Shown: positions 9,927-19,428, counted from the stretch's first letter. The stretch is 64,000 nucleotides of DNA from Prochlorococcus sp. scB243_495K23 (GCA_000635495.1 JFLW01000089.1:75614-139613); one strand, 5' to 3'. Notes: generated by a model not told the origin, from the letters alone. A program made the numbers and translations.

Positions 9927-10625
9927 TTATTTTTTAGAAGCTAAATTTCTTAATTCTGTGAGGAAAGCATCAGGTCCCCCACCCTGAAAATAAGAGAGTT
10001 TTTTTGAAGCCTCATATAAATCAAGTATTTCTCCATCTAATTCTTCCGCCGTATAGTCTCTAATTCCTGCAATTACCTCAGCAAAACGTTCTCTTCGGGC
10101 AGCTTTATTGACAGCATAGGCATCCATTACCTGCATTTTACATGATCTCCAAGCCTTATTCTGACAAAAATGCACTGAAAGAGCATCACTTAAAGCAGAA
10201 GCTTCTTCATCTTCTATATACCAGTCAAAAGATGAAGGTAGAGGTTTTAATCCTGAAAATATCTCGAATAACTCCCCGGCCGACAATGGATTGCCAGAAT
10301 CATTTTTTAGGGGTAATGCAGACTCTTCCAAGGATTTCCATAACTCTGGGTAATCACTTTCAAAACGATCCCTGATTTTTTCTATACCTTGATCAAGAAT
10401 CGTATTAACTTGAGCTAATGCAAGAAAAACTTCAGGCCCAGGCGAAGATAACTTTCCATTCCTAAGATTAGAAATTTGCGAATTATGGACTTTACCTAAA
10501 TCAAGAATTTCAGAAAGTAATGGTAAAACCCTATGCGACCATCCATTTCTCTCATGCCAGAGGTGTATCAAATGAGCCATAGCCCTTCGACCTCTAGATA
10601 ATTTATCGCGATATCCGAGACTCAC
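9927..10625 (-). CDS. Conserved-looking hypothetical protein with N-terminal XRE-like helix-turn-helix
   Basis: 232 aa. The segment GWSHRVLPLLSEILDLGKVHNSQISNLRNGKL resembles Cro/C1-type HTH (..S.IS..E.GK.). The C-terminal 150 aa or so have no recognised motif. Confidence 0.55.
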   Translation of the reverse strand: MSLGYRDKLSRGRRAMAHLIHLWHERNGWSHRVLPLLSEILDLGKVHNSQISNLRNGKLSSPGPEVFLALAQVNTILDQGIEKIRDRFESDYPELWKSLEESALPLKNDSGNPLSAGELFEIFSGLKPLPSSFDWYIEDEEASALSDALSVHFCQNKAWRSCKMQVMDAYAVNKAARRERFAEVIAGIRDYTAEELDGEILDLYEASKKLSYFQGGGPDAFLTELRNLASKK

Positions 10626-10700
10626 AGATAATTAAACTTATCAATAATATAGTATGATAATATTACATATCGGTAATTTTGAAAATAGTATTTCAATATC

Positions 10701-11639
10701 ATGAATTCAGTAATTTTCCAAGAAACAGCAAAATTAAAAAAACCTGTTCCAGCTGAAAAAGTTATAGAACTCTCAGAAAAATTGCTGGAACCTTCCAGTC
10801 ATTCAAAAAGATATCCTCCAAGACTACATAAAACTTGGGGAACAATAGTTTTTATGGTTGCAATTCATATTCTTTCCCTTGTAGCTTTACAACCAAAATT
10901 TTGGAGTCTCCCTGCAGTCACTTCATTATTATTTTTTTACTGGGTAACTGCTTGTTTAGGCGTAACCCTTGGATATCACAGGTTGTTATCACACAGATCG
11001 TTCATTGTTCCAAGATGGTTAGAAAGATTTTTTGCTACCTGTGGAGCAATAAGTTGCCAGCATGGACCAATAGATTGGGTAGGTTTACATAGGCATCACC
11101 ACTCTTTTTCAGATACTGAAGTAGATCATCACAATAGTAAAAAGGGGTTTTGGTGGAGTCATATGGGTTGGATGTTTAAAGACGTGGAAGCACTAAAAGC
11201 TGTTCCAAAACTAAGTGCAGATTTAATCAAGGATCCATACTATAGATTTTTGAATAAATATTTTTTATTCTTACAAATTCCTATTGGACTTTCATTGTAT
11301 GCAATAGGTCAAAAATTAGGTGTTGGAGGATGGGCTCTAGTCCTTTGGGGAATTCCATTGAGGCTTGTGGTTGTTTATCATGTAACTTGGCTAGTCAACT
11401 CCGCTACGCATTGTTGGGGTAAAGCACCATTTGAAAGTGGTGATTCATCTAAAAACAATGCATGGGTTGCTGCTTTAACATTTGGAGAAGGTTGGCATAA
11501 TAACCATCATGCATTTCCCAATTCGGCAAAACAAGGATTATTTAAAGGTCAGATAGACATAACATGGGAACATATTAAGATTCTTGCGAAATTTGGTTTT
11601 GCAAAAAAAGTAAAGTTACCCTCTAGGTCTTATTATTAA
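10701..11639 (+). CDS. desC: Acyl-lipid delta-9-type fatty acid desaturase
   Basis: Three histidine boxes are seen: HRLLSH, HRHHH and HNNHH. Hydrophobic segments lie between them. 312 aa. Confidence 0.88.
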   Translation: MNSVIFQETAKLKKPVPAEKVIELSEKLLEPSSHSKRYPPRLHKTWGTIVFMVAIHILSLVALQPKFWSLPAVTSLLFFYWVTACLGVTLGYHRLLSHRSFIVPRWLERFFATCGAISCQHGPIDWVGLHRHHHSFSDTEVDHHNSKKGFWWSHMGWMFKDVEALKAVPKLSADLIKDPYYRFLNKYFLFLQIPIGLSLYAIGQKLGVGGWALVLWGIPLRLVVVYHVTWLVNSATHCWGKAPFESGDSSKNNAWVAALTFGEGWHNNHHAFPNSAKQGLFKGQIDITWEHIKILAKFGFAKKVKLPSRSYY

Positions 11640-11659
11640 CTATATTGTTCAATATTTTC

Positions 11660-12115
11660 ATGGCAAAAAGAGTACAAGTCGCATTAACTGAATCAATCGC
11701 ATCACTAGGTAAAGAGGGAGATCTAGTTGATGTAGCACCTGGATACGCAAGAAATTTTCTTTTTCCTTATGGCAAGGCAATGAATGTAACACCAGCAGTC
11801 CTTAAACAAATTGAGAGGAAGAAAGAAAAAGAAAAAATCGCTGCTGATAAATTAAAGCAAGAAGCTTTAGATTTCCAAACTGCATTATCCACAATAGGTA
11901 GGTTCACTATCAAAAAACAGGTCGGAGAAGATGGAGTCCTTTTTGGAACGGTTACCAATGGTGATGTTGCCGAAGCGATAGAAGCGGCAACTAAAAAAGA
12001 AATTGATAGAAGAAACATTACTGTTCCTGATATTCATAATTTAGGTTCCTTTACTGCAAAAATAAAATTACATCCAGAAGTAAATGCAGAAGTAAATATT
12101 GAAGTAACAAGTTAA
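11660..12115 (+). CDS. rplI: 50S ribosomal protein L9
   Basis: [40 protein letters not shown] is a canonical L9 N-terminus. I chose the ATG at 11660 rather than the TTG at 11645 given in the ORF track. Confidence 0.9.
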   Translation: MAKRVQVALTESIASLGKEGDLVDVAPGYARNFLFPYGKAMNVTPAVLKQIERKKEKEKIAADKLKQEALDFQTALSTIGRFTIKKQVGEDGVLFGTVTNGDVAEAIEAATKKEIDRRNITVPDIHNLGSFTAKIKLHPEVNAEVNIEVTS

Positions 12116-12173
12116 TCAATTTGTTGCATTATTTTGAAAAGTAGCCAGAGTATATATCTAAGCAATTAAAGAT

Positions 12174-13556
12174 ATGGTTTCCGTACCTTTTCCAAATAAT
12201 GGGCAAAATAAAAATTTTAAAAAAGATTTTAATAGTGAAAACTCTGGATTAGTACCTCCTCAAAACGTTCAAGCAGAGGAAGCTGTTCTTGGGGGCATAC
12301 TTCTTGATCCAGACGCGATCGGAAGAATTGCAGACTTAATTAAACCTGAAGCTTTTTATATAAATGCCCATCAAGAGATTTATAGAACAGCATTAATGTT
12401 ACATACCCAGGGTAAACCAACTGATTTAACGTCAATGAGTGCTTGGTTAGCAGATAATGGATCACTAGAAAAAATTGGAGGAAACAGCAAGCTGGTAGAA
12501 CTAGTTGAAAATGTTTCCTCAACAGCTTCCATAGAACAAGTTGCGAATTTAATTAACGACAAATTCATGAGAAGGCAACTTATCAGATCTGGGAATGAAG
12601 TGGTTCAACTAGGTTTTGATCAAACTCAAGATACTAATGAAGTTCTTGATAAAGCAGAGCAAAAAATATTTGAAATTAGTCAGGAAAAACCTTCAAAAGG
12701 TCTGACTCAAGCAGCTGAAATCCTTACAAGTACTTTCAATGAAATAGAGTCAAGGTCATTAGGTACTTCAGTAGCTGGAATTCCCGTAAATTTCTACGAT
12801 CTTGATGCGATGACTCAAGGTTTTCAAAGAAGTGATTTAATCATTGTTGCTGGAAGACCTTCAATGGGGAAAACTTCAATAGTTCTTAATCTGGCTAAAA
12901 ATGTAGCACAATCTCAAGATTTACCTGTGTGTGTATTTAGCCTTGAAATGAGTAAAGAACAGTTGACATATAGATTACTCTCTATGGAAGTTGGAATCGA
13001 GAGTGGCAGGCTTAGAACAGGAAGATTACAGCAAGATGAATGGCCATTACTCGGAGAAGGTATCAATTCATTAGGTCAATTGCCAATATTTATTGATGAT
13101 AAGCCTAACTTAAGTGTTTTAGAGATGAGATCTCTGTGCAGAAGATTAATAGCTGAACAAAAAAAAGAACTCGGATTAATTGTGATTGATTATCTGCAGT
13201 TGATGGAAGGATCAACCCCTGATAATAGAGTGCAAGAACTTTCACGAATAACAAGAGGTCTTAAAAGCATGGCCAGAGAATTAAAAGTACCAGTAGTAGC
13301 TTTATCTCAGCTTAGTAGAGGGGTTGAGTCTAGAACAAATAAAAGACCAATGTTAAGCGATCTAAGAGAGTCAGGATCTATTGAACAAGACGCAGATTTA
13401 GTATTAATGATTTATAGAGATGAATACTATAATCCGGAGACTGAAGATAGAGGAATTACAGAAATCATTGTCACTAAACATAGAAATGGACCCGTAGGAA
13501 CTGTTAAATTATTATTTGAACCTCAATTTACAAGATTTAGGAATTTAGCTAATTAA
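12174..13556 (+). CDS. dnaB: Replicative DNA helicase DnaB
   Basis: 460 aa. It has PPQNVQAEEAVLGGILLDP at the N-terminal domain, Walker A GRPSMGKTS, and the IDYLQLM and SQLSR motifs. No intein interruption was seen. Confidence 0.95.
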   Translation: MVSVPFPNNGQNKNFKKDFNSENSGLVPPQNVQAEEAVLGGILLDPDAIGRIADLIKPEAFYINAHQEIYRTALMLHTQGKPTDLTSMSAWLADNGSLEKIGGNSKLVELVENVSSTASIEQVANLINDKFMRRQLIRSGNEVVQLGFDQTQDTNEVLDKAEQKIFEISQEKPSKGLTQAAEILTSTFNEIESRSLGTSVAGIPVNFYDLDAMTQGFQRSDLIIVAGRPSMGKTSIVLNLAKNVAQSQDLPVCVFSLEMSKEQLTYRLLSMEVGIESGRLRTGRLQQDEWPLLGEGINSLGQLPIFIDDKPNLSVLEMRSLCRRLIAEQKKELGLIVIDYLQLMEGSTPDNRVQELSRITRGLKSMARELKVPVVALSQLSRGVESRTNKRPMLSDLRESGSIEQDADLVLMIYRDEYYNPETEDRGITEIIVTKHRNGPVGTVKLLFEPQFTRFRNLAN

Positions 13557-13568
13557 ATCGCTCCTAAA

Positions 13569-15536
13569 ATGCAAGATCATCACTCAACAAATGAATCTTT
13601 TGACGTCATCGTTATTGGAGGAGGACATGCAGGATGCGAAGCAGCTATAACAACAGCAAAATTAGGATTTTCTACTGCCTTATTTACAATCAATCTAGAT
13701 AGAATTGCCTGGCAGCCGTGTAACCCTGCAGTTGGGGGACCAGCAAAAAGTCAGTTGGTTCATGAAGTTGATGCATTAGGTGGAATTATTGGTAAATTAG
13801 CCGATGAGACAGCTATTCAAAAAAGAATTTTAAATGCAAGTAGAGGCCCAGCTGTTTGGGCGTTAAGAGCTCAGACAGATAAAAAAGAATACTCAAAAAG
13901 AATGATCGAAATACTACAAAATACAGATAATTTATCTTTAAAAGAAGCAATGATTACTGAACTGGATATTGCAAAAACTGAACAAATTGGATTGAACTCA
14001 AAAAAAATCTTAAAAAAAAGAATAAAGGGTGTAAAAACATTCTTTGGTAGTTATTATTCAGCAAGGTCAGTTATCATCACAGCTGGTACGTTCTTAGAAG
14101 GAAGAATATGGATAGGAAATAAATCAATGTCAGCTGGCAGATCGGGCGAACAAGCAGCACAAGGTCTTACTCAGAATTTGCACGAAATTGGTATAAAAAC
14201 AGAACGTTTAAAAACAGGAACTCCAGCAAGAGTTGATAAAAGAAGTATCATTTTTGATGAATTAGATATTCAACCAAGTACTGCAGCAGATAAATATTTT
14301 TCGTTTGACCCAGATATAAAAAATAATATGCCCCAAGTTAGTTGTCACATCACAAGAACAACTACCAAAACGCATCAACTAATTAGAGACAATTTACATT
14401 TAACTCCTATTTACGGCGGTTTCATTGATAGTAAGGGGCCAAGATATTGTCCATCAATTGAAGATAAAATCGTCAAATTTGCTGATAAAGAATCACATCA
14501 AATTTTCTTAGAACCAGAGGGAATTAATACCCCTGAAATATATGTACAAGGATTTTCTACAGGTTTACCCGAAAATATTCAATTAGAACTTTTAAGGACC
14601 TTACCTGGATTAGGTGAATGTAAAATGTTGCGACCAGCATATGCTGTGGAGTATGACTACATTCCTGCAACACAGCTCCAAACATCACTCGAAACGAAAG
14701 AAATTGAATATTTATTTAGCGCCGGACAAATTAATGGCACTACTGGTTATGAAGAAGCAGCAGCACAAGGATTAGTTGCAGGAGTCAATGCGACAAGAAA
14801 ACTAAACAAAAAAGACCCAATAATCTTCACTAGAGAAAGCAGTTATATAGGAACAATGATCAATGATTTAATTACAAAAGATCTCAAAGAACCATATAGA
14901 GTTCTCACTAGTAGGAGTGAATATAGGTTAACTCTCAGAGGAGATAATGCAGATAGAAGATTAACACCATTAGGATATCAAATAGGGCTAATTAATGATA
15001 AAAGATGGTCGGCCTATCAAGAAAAAATGAACCTCCTCGAAGAAGAGAAATTTAGATTAAATAACACTCGTTTAAAAAATACCGATGAAATATCAAAAAA
15101 AATAGAATTAGAAACGGGATCAAAAATCAAAGGCTCAACAACTTTGAAAGAACTCTTAAAAAGACCAAACTTTCATTATTCAGATCTAATTAAATATAAT
15201 TTGAATGAAAGAAATCTAGATTCTTCAATACAGGAAGGTGTTGAAATAGATATTAAATACGAGGGTTACCTTAAAAGACAAAAAAACAACATAGAACAAA
15301 TAAATCGTCAAAGCTGTAAATCTCTGCCTCAAGAAATAAATTATGAAAAGATAGAGACATTATCATTAGAAGCTAGAGAAAATTTGAATAAGATAAAGCC
15401 AAAAAATTTTGGTGATGCGTCAAAAATTCCCGGTGTAAGCAAAGCTGATTTAACTGCATTACTTGTTTGGCTAAAAATAAGAGAAATAAAAAAAGAAAAG
15501 GCAAATATTTTTGTCGAAAAAAAGTTATCATCTTAA
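13569..15536 (+). CDS. mnmG: tRNA uridine 5-carboxymethylaminomethyl modification enzyme MnmG (GidA)
   Basis: The FAD-binding site [16 protein letters not shown] is present, as are [11 protein letters not shown] and YAVEYDY. 655 aa. Confidence 0.95.
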   Translation: MQDHHSTNESFDVIVIGGGHAGCEAAITTAKLGFSTALFTINLDRIAWQPCNPAVGGPAKSQLVHEVDALGGIIGKLADETAIQKRILNASRGPAVWALRAQTDKKEYSKRMIEILQNTDNLSLKEAMITELDIAKTEQIGLNSKKILKKRIKGVKTFFGSYYSARSVIITAGTFLEGRIWIGNKSMSAGRSGEQAAQGLTQNLHEIGIKTERLKTGTPARVDKRSIIFDELDIQPSTAADKYFSFDPDIKNNMPQVSCHITRTTTKTHQLIRDNLHLTPIYGGFIDSKGPRYCPSIEDKIVKFADKESHQIFLEPEGINTPEIYVQGFSTGLPENIQLELLRTLPGLGECKMLRPAYAVEYDYIPATQLQTSLETKEIEYLFSAGQINGTTGYEEAAAQGLVAGVNATRKLNKKDPIIFTRESSYIGTMINDLITKDLKEPYRVLTSRSEYRLTLRGDNADRRLTPLGYQIGLINDKRWSAYQEKMNLLEEEKFRLNNTRLKNTDEISKKIELETGSKIKGSTTLKELLKRPNFHYSDLIKYNLNERNLDSSIQEGVEIDIKYEGYLKRQKNNIEQINRQSCKSLPQEINYEKIETLSLEARENLNKIKPKNFGDASKIPGVSKADLTALLVWLKIREIKKEKANIFVEKKLSS

Positions 15537-15617
15537 AAGGATTCCGTCTGAGCACTGAATAATAAACTTTTTAAATCACCAAAAATTTTATGGGAAGAAA
15601 AAGCCTCTACTTTTTTA

Positions 15618-16160
15618 GTGAAAAATTCATTACCAAAAATTTCTGGTCCATGGAAATTAATGCTGCTTGGGGATGGAAGTCCAACTAGACATTTACAGCT
15701 TTTAACTAATCAAGAGACGAAAATTAAATTAATTTCAATGCAAATAGATCCTTTATTCATCGCAGAGGGACCTAAAGAATTAAATCAGTTAAATGGACCT
15801 TTAATTAGAAGACAAGTATGGATTAAAAACAATAATAAAAACCTAGCATGGGCTGAAAGTTGGTGGAATGCAGAACAAGTGAATGAAAATTTAAAAGCCA
15901 AAGAAGAACCAATATGGAAGAATTTGACACAAGACAGATCAGAATTGTTTAGAGAAGTTGATCGAATTTCACTTGTTAATTCAAATTGGTTAGAAGATCA
16001 ATTTTGTTTTAAAGGTCCATTCTGGTCAAGAAATTATAGATTTTTTCGAGACAAAAAGCCCCTAACAATTATTAGAGAAGTATTCAATCCACATTTAGAA
16101 AGTTTATTAGGCTATTCAGGAATTAAAGAATTTACGAAACTATACTCTTCTTCTTCTTGA
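15618..16160 (+). CDS. Chorismate lyase-like (UbiC/DUF564 family) protein
   Basis: GTG start. The LLGDGSPTRHLQLL motif is typical of the chorismate pyruvate-lyase fold family. 180 aa. Activity is not verifiable from sequence. Confidence 0.6.
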   Translation: MKNSLPKISGPWKLMLLGDGSPTRHLQLLTNQETKIKLISMQIDPLFIAEGPKELNQLNGPLIRRQVWIKNNNKNLAWAESWWNAEQVNENLKAKEEPIWKNLTQDRSELFREVDRISLVNSNWLEDQFCFKGPFWSRNYRFFRDKKPLTIIREVFNPHLESLLGYSGIKEFTKLYSSSS

Positions 16161-16703
16161 TCTGGGAAGATTTCTTGATTTTGATTGAACTTGTTGATTT
16201 GATTGATCTCTCGAAGTATTAATCTCTGTTTCTGAAGCTCTTTGCCATCTTTCAACTTTGAAATCCATTTCATCTGGCCAATCTTCGTCCTTACTCTCTT
16301 TCACGTAAGGTAATTTTTTTTGCTCAGTTGTCTGTAAATTTTTTGGTTGCCTTAAAGATATTGCTTCTAAAGGTCTTTTTGAGTGCTGTTTAGCAGATTG
16401 ATAAGAATTTGATTCTCTGGAAAATGTCTTAATATCCCTGTTATCATCGTAAAAATTCTCATCATTCCAATCATCATTATCTTCATCAAAAAATAAATCC
16501 ACTTTTTCAGATACCCATCGTCCTACTTTTTTAACACTCTTACTTGTTATTCCTTGAAAATCTGAGTTCCTTCTTTTTCCTGGCCTGGCACCAGATACTC
16601 CATCAACAAATTGTCTTCCAGTTTCGAAAATTTTATCAACCTGTTTATCAACAATATTTTTATCAAAACTATTTCTAAGATTTCTAATTCTCCTTGAATC
16701 CAT
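16140..16703 (-). CDS. Hypothetical highly charged, low-complexity protein (187 aa)
   Basis: The long ORF has an acidic patch (DEDNDDWNDENFYDDNRD) and a basic tail (RNLPRSRRRRV). No enzymatic motif was seen. Its 3' end overlaps the UbiC-like gene by 21 nt. Confidence 0.45.
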   Translation of the reverse strand: MDSRRIRNLRNSFDKNIVDKQVDKIFETGRQFVDGVSGARPGKRRNSDFQGITSKSVKKVGRWVSEKVDLFFDEDNDDWNDENFYDDNRDIKTFSRESNSYQSAKQHSKRPLEAISLRQPKNLQTTEQKKLPYVKESKDEDWPDEMDFKVERWQRASETEINTSRDQSNQQVQSKSRNLPRSRRRRV

Positions 16704-16783
16704 AAATAATTATGCTTTTAAAAATAAACTACATTAAAAAATAAATAATTCCAAATATAGAAACAAAAACACATCTTATATTG

Positions 16784-17311
16784 TTAATCAAACAAAATTA
16801 AACACTTTTTATTCCATGATCCATTAAAGAAATTTACACAACATTTTTTACAGGCAATATTCTTTATCCTTTTCCTATAGAAAAATTTCTCACCACAATT
16901 TTGGCAAGTTCCTATGTATTTTAATTCTCTCCTTTCAATAGGAAATGAGTGCCTCACAGAAATTTGAAAATTCTTCTCTTTCTTATTAATTTCATTCATC
17001 TTTTCTAAGAAATTTGGACCATGTATCTCATTTTTTTTTAATATCCGATCTACCCATGCATGAATCATTTCATGACATAAAGTACTGTTTATTTCACTAG
17101 TAGATAATTTACTCAAAATAGGTTTCGATAAGATAATTTCAGAATCTACAAGACCATTAATTCTTTTTCTTTTATAAAAACCAGCAGTGGTTTTTAATCT
17201 ATTATCACTCCATCTAACTTTTACTAAAGGTTGATTATTAACCGCTAGAGAATTTTCAAAATATTGGCTATTAAATTTGTGAAATAAAGGTAAAAGAGGA
17301 ATTACAGGCAT
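16784..17311 (-). CDS. SprT-like zinc metalloprotease with C-terminal zinc ribbon
   Basis: The HExxH motif is seen in LCHEMIHAW. The C-terminal CQNCGEKF...CKKCC forms paired CxxC motifs. 175 aa. Confidence 0.7.
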   Translation of the reverse strand: MPVIPLLPLFHKFNSQYFENSLAVNNQPLVKVRWSDNRLKTTAGFYKRKRINGLVDSEIILSKPILSKLSTSEINSTLCHEMIHAWVDRILKKNEIHGPNFLEKMNEINKKEKNFQISVRHSFPIERRELKYIGTCQNCGEKFFYRKRIKNIACKKCCVNFFNGSWNKKCLILFD

Positions 17312-17396
17312 TATGGATTAAAATTAGTATTATTTTGACAAAAAAAGCCATCAAAAACGATTTCTTTTCTTAAAGTAATAAAAAACTCAAATCAAC

Positions 17397-17816
17397 ATGG
17401 ATGCAACACTAGTTAAAGATATAGGAATTAAAGCACTATTAGTTGGCGGAGCTGTACTAGTTTCTTTTTGGACTTTTAATGCAGTCAAATTAGTTATAAG
17501 CGCCAGAGGAATTAATCCGTTAGTAAGAAAGTTTTTTGATCAAATAGCTGCTGGCAGAATTGATGCAGCTTATGGTTTGACTACAAAAACTTATAAAACT
17601 CATGTGAAGCGCCAAGACTTTCTTAAATTTTTAGCAAGTTTAAATCTCAATAAATACAGAAATTTAAAATCAGGAAGGCCTAGAGTTCAAGAAGATCAAA
17701 TCATAATAACTTTGAATTTAAAATCAGAAGATAAACAAGATGAGCTCCCATTAGATTTCACTTTTGCAAAAACTGACAATGATTGGAAAATAGACAGAAT
17801 AGCAAAAGTGAATTAA
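17397..17816 (+). CDS. Hypothetical membrane-anchored protein (139 aa)
   Basis: It has one N-terminal hydrophobic helix (ALLVGGAVLVSFWTFNAV) followed by a soluble domain of about 100 aa. Its stop lies 9 nt upstream of the ligase start. Confidence 0.5.
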   Translation: MDATLVKDIGIKALLVGGAVLVSFWTFNAVKLVISARGINPLVRKFFDQIAAGRIDAAYGLTTKTYKTHVKRQDFLKFLASLNLNKYRNLKSGRPRVQEDQIIITLNLKSEDKQDELPLDFTFAKTDNDWKIDRIAKVN

Positions 17817-17825
17817 TAATTTTTT

Positions 17826-19154
17826 GTGAGGCAAAAAGACTTGTATAAAGAAGAGATAATACATCAATTAGAATTACATCCAAGTAGATTAGATAAAGAA
17901 AAAATCATCTCAGAAGCAATGGAACAAGGTTTAGATGATTTTTTTGAAGGAATCCGTATGGCACTTGATCCATTGGTAACTTTTGGTGTAAAAATTGTTC
18001 CTGAAAAAGAGAATGAAAAAAGTCAAAATTTTTTATGGAAAGATTTTAGGGTATTAGCAAATAAGCTTATTCAAAGAGAACTTACTGGTCACGCTGCTCG
18101 CGATGCAATTATTACGGCTATGGAATCTGCCAAAAAAGAAGAGTGGAATGGATTTTATAGACGAGTTTTAATTAAAGATCTTAGATGTGGTGTATCTGAA
18201 AAAACAATCAACAAGATAGCCAAGAAATTTCCCAAATATGCGATTCCTATTTTTTCATGTCCCTTAGCTCATGACAGTGCAAATCATGAAAAAAAAATGA
18301 TAGGGAAAAAGCAAATTGAAATCAAATTAGATGGAGTGCGTGTCTTAACTATTATTAGACAAAATAAAGTAGAAATGTTTTCTCGTAATGGGAAACAATT
18401 CCATAATTTTGGTCATATTATCTCAGAGATAGAAAACGTGTTAAAAGAAGATCCTGCACCCCATGACTTAGTCCTAGATGGTGAAGTAATGAGTGCTAAC
18501 TTTCAGGATTTGATGAAACAGGTTCATAGAAAAGATGGCAAACAAACAAAAGACGCAGTTCTCCACCTATTTGACTTATGTCCCCTTGAAAACTTCCAAA
18601 AAGGGAGATGGAACACTAGTCAAACAGCAAGAAGTTTATTAGTAAAAGAATGGGTAGCAAAACATTCTATGCTTCTAAGACATGTAAAAACACTTGAATG
18701 GGAAAATGTAGATCTCGACACCATTGAGGGGCAAAAAAGATTTGTAGAGCTAAATAAAACTGCCGTGGAAGGTGGATATGAAGGAGTAATGATTAAAGAT
18801 CCTGATGCTATGTATGAATGTAAAAGAACACACAGTTGGTTAAAAGCAAAACCTTTCATTGAAGTCACTTTAAAGGTTGTATCGGTTGAGGAAGGAACAG
18901 GTCGCAATAAAGGTCGACTAGGAGCTGTCCTAGTAGAAGGGGAAGATGATGGGTATGAATACAGTCTTAGTTGTGGAAGCGGATTTAGTGATATCCAACG
19001 TCAAGAATATTGGTCAAAACGGAGTCATCTTATAGGTCAACTTGTAGAAATCAGAGCTGATGCTAAAACGAAATCCAAGGATGCGGTAACTTTTAGTCTT
19101 AGATTTCCTAGATTCAAATGCTTTAGAGGATTTAAAGCTGGAGAAAAAGTTTAA
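17826..19154 (+). CDS. ATP-dependent DNA ligase
   Basis: Nucleotidyltransferase motifs were read from the translation: motif I EIKLDGVR (Lys167), motif III LVLDGEVM, motif IV EGVMIKD, motif V WLKAKP, and C-terminal LRFPRF. GTG start; the exact start is uncertain. Confidence 0.85.
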   Translation: MRQKDLYKEEIIHQLELHPSRLDKEKIISEAMEQGLDDFFEGIRMALDPLVTFGVKIVPEKENEKSQNFLWKDFRVLANKLIQRELTGHAARDAIITAMESAKKEEWNGFYRRVLIKDLRCGVSEKTINKIAKKFPKYAIPIFSCPLAHDSANHEKKMIGKKQIEIKLDGVRVLTIIRQNKVEMFSRNGKQFHNFGHIISEIENVLKEDPAPHDLVLDGEVMSANFQDLMKQVHRKDGKQTKDAVLHLFDLCPLENFQKGRWNTSQTARSLLVKEWVAKHSMLLRHVKTLEWENVDLDTIEGQKRFVELNKTAVEGGYEGVMIKDPDAMYECKRTHSWLKAKPFIEVTLKVVSVEEGTGRNKGRLGAVLVEGEDDGYEYSLSCGSGFSDIQRQEYWSKRSHLIGQLVEIRADAKTKSKDAVTFSLRFPRFKCFRGFKAGEKV

Positions 19155-19271
19155 ATTTTAAAAAATATTACTCAACAAAGTAGTCAAAGAAAAATGTGGT
19201 TATTAAATAAAAAAAATAAAAATCTTGGCTATAAAATATAGGAATAATTATCAGGACTTTTTGAGAGACTT

Positions 19272-19424
19272 ATGACGAATAAAACAGTTTTCAACTTCAT
19301 AAAAACACCTTGTGGACAGGCAAAATATGTCGAATTAGAGGCCAACAAAACCTTACTAGGTAAATTTAGATTGCTGTGGTTTATCTTAATTGCATCAATT
19401 AGAGATTGGAATATTAAAGAGTAG
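19272..19424 (+). CDS. Possible small protein (50 aa), below the ORF-track cutoff
   Basis: My own translation gives MTNKTVFNFIKTPCGQAKYVELEANKTLLGKFRLLWFILIASIRDWNIKE, with a hydrophobic C-terminal segment. It fills an otherwise long 274-nt convergent spacer. There is no homology evidence. Confidence 0.2.
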   Translation: MTNKTVFNFIKTPCGQAKYVELEANKTLLGKFRLLWFILIASIRDWNIKE

Positions 19425-19428
19425 ATTC

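Noticed and set aside
10652-10666. NtcA-like site GTATGATAATATTAC in the divergent spacer upstream of desC
   Set aside because: The spacing is GTA-N9-TAC rather than the canonical GTA-N8-TAC. AT-rich spacers produce such near-matches easily.
12119-12143. Words ATTTGTTG and GAAAAGTA upstream of dnaB, also found contiguously at 63741-63755 in the candidate origin region
   Set aside because: These are 8-mers of mostly A/T. Several copies per 64 kb are expected by chance, so they are not evidence for a shared replication-gene regulator.
16784-19154. The idea that the ATP-dependent ligase region is a recently acquired genomic island or phage remnant
   Set aside because: There is no integrase, flanking tRNA, direct repeat or visible compositional break. 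The neighbours on both sides are ordinary core genes. A more ancient phage origin of the ligase itself remains possible but cannot be judged here.
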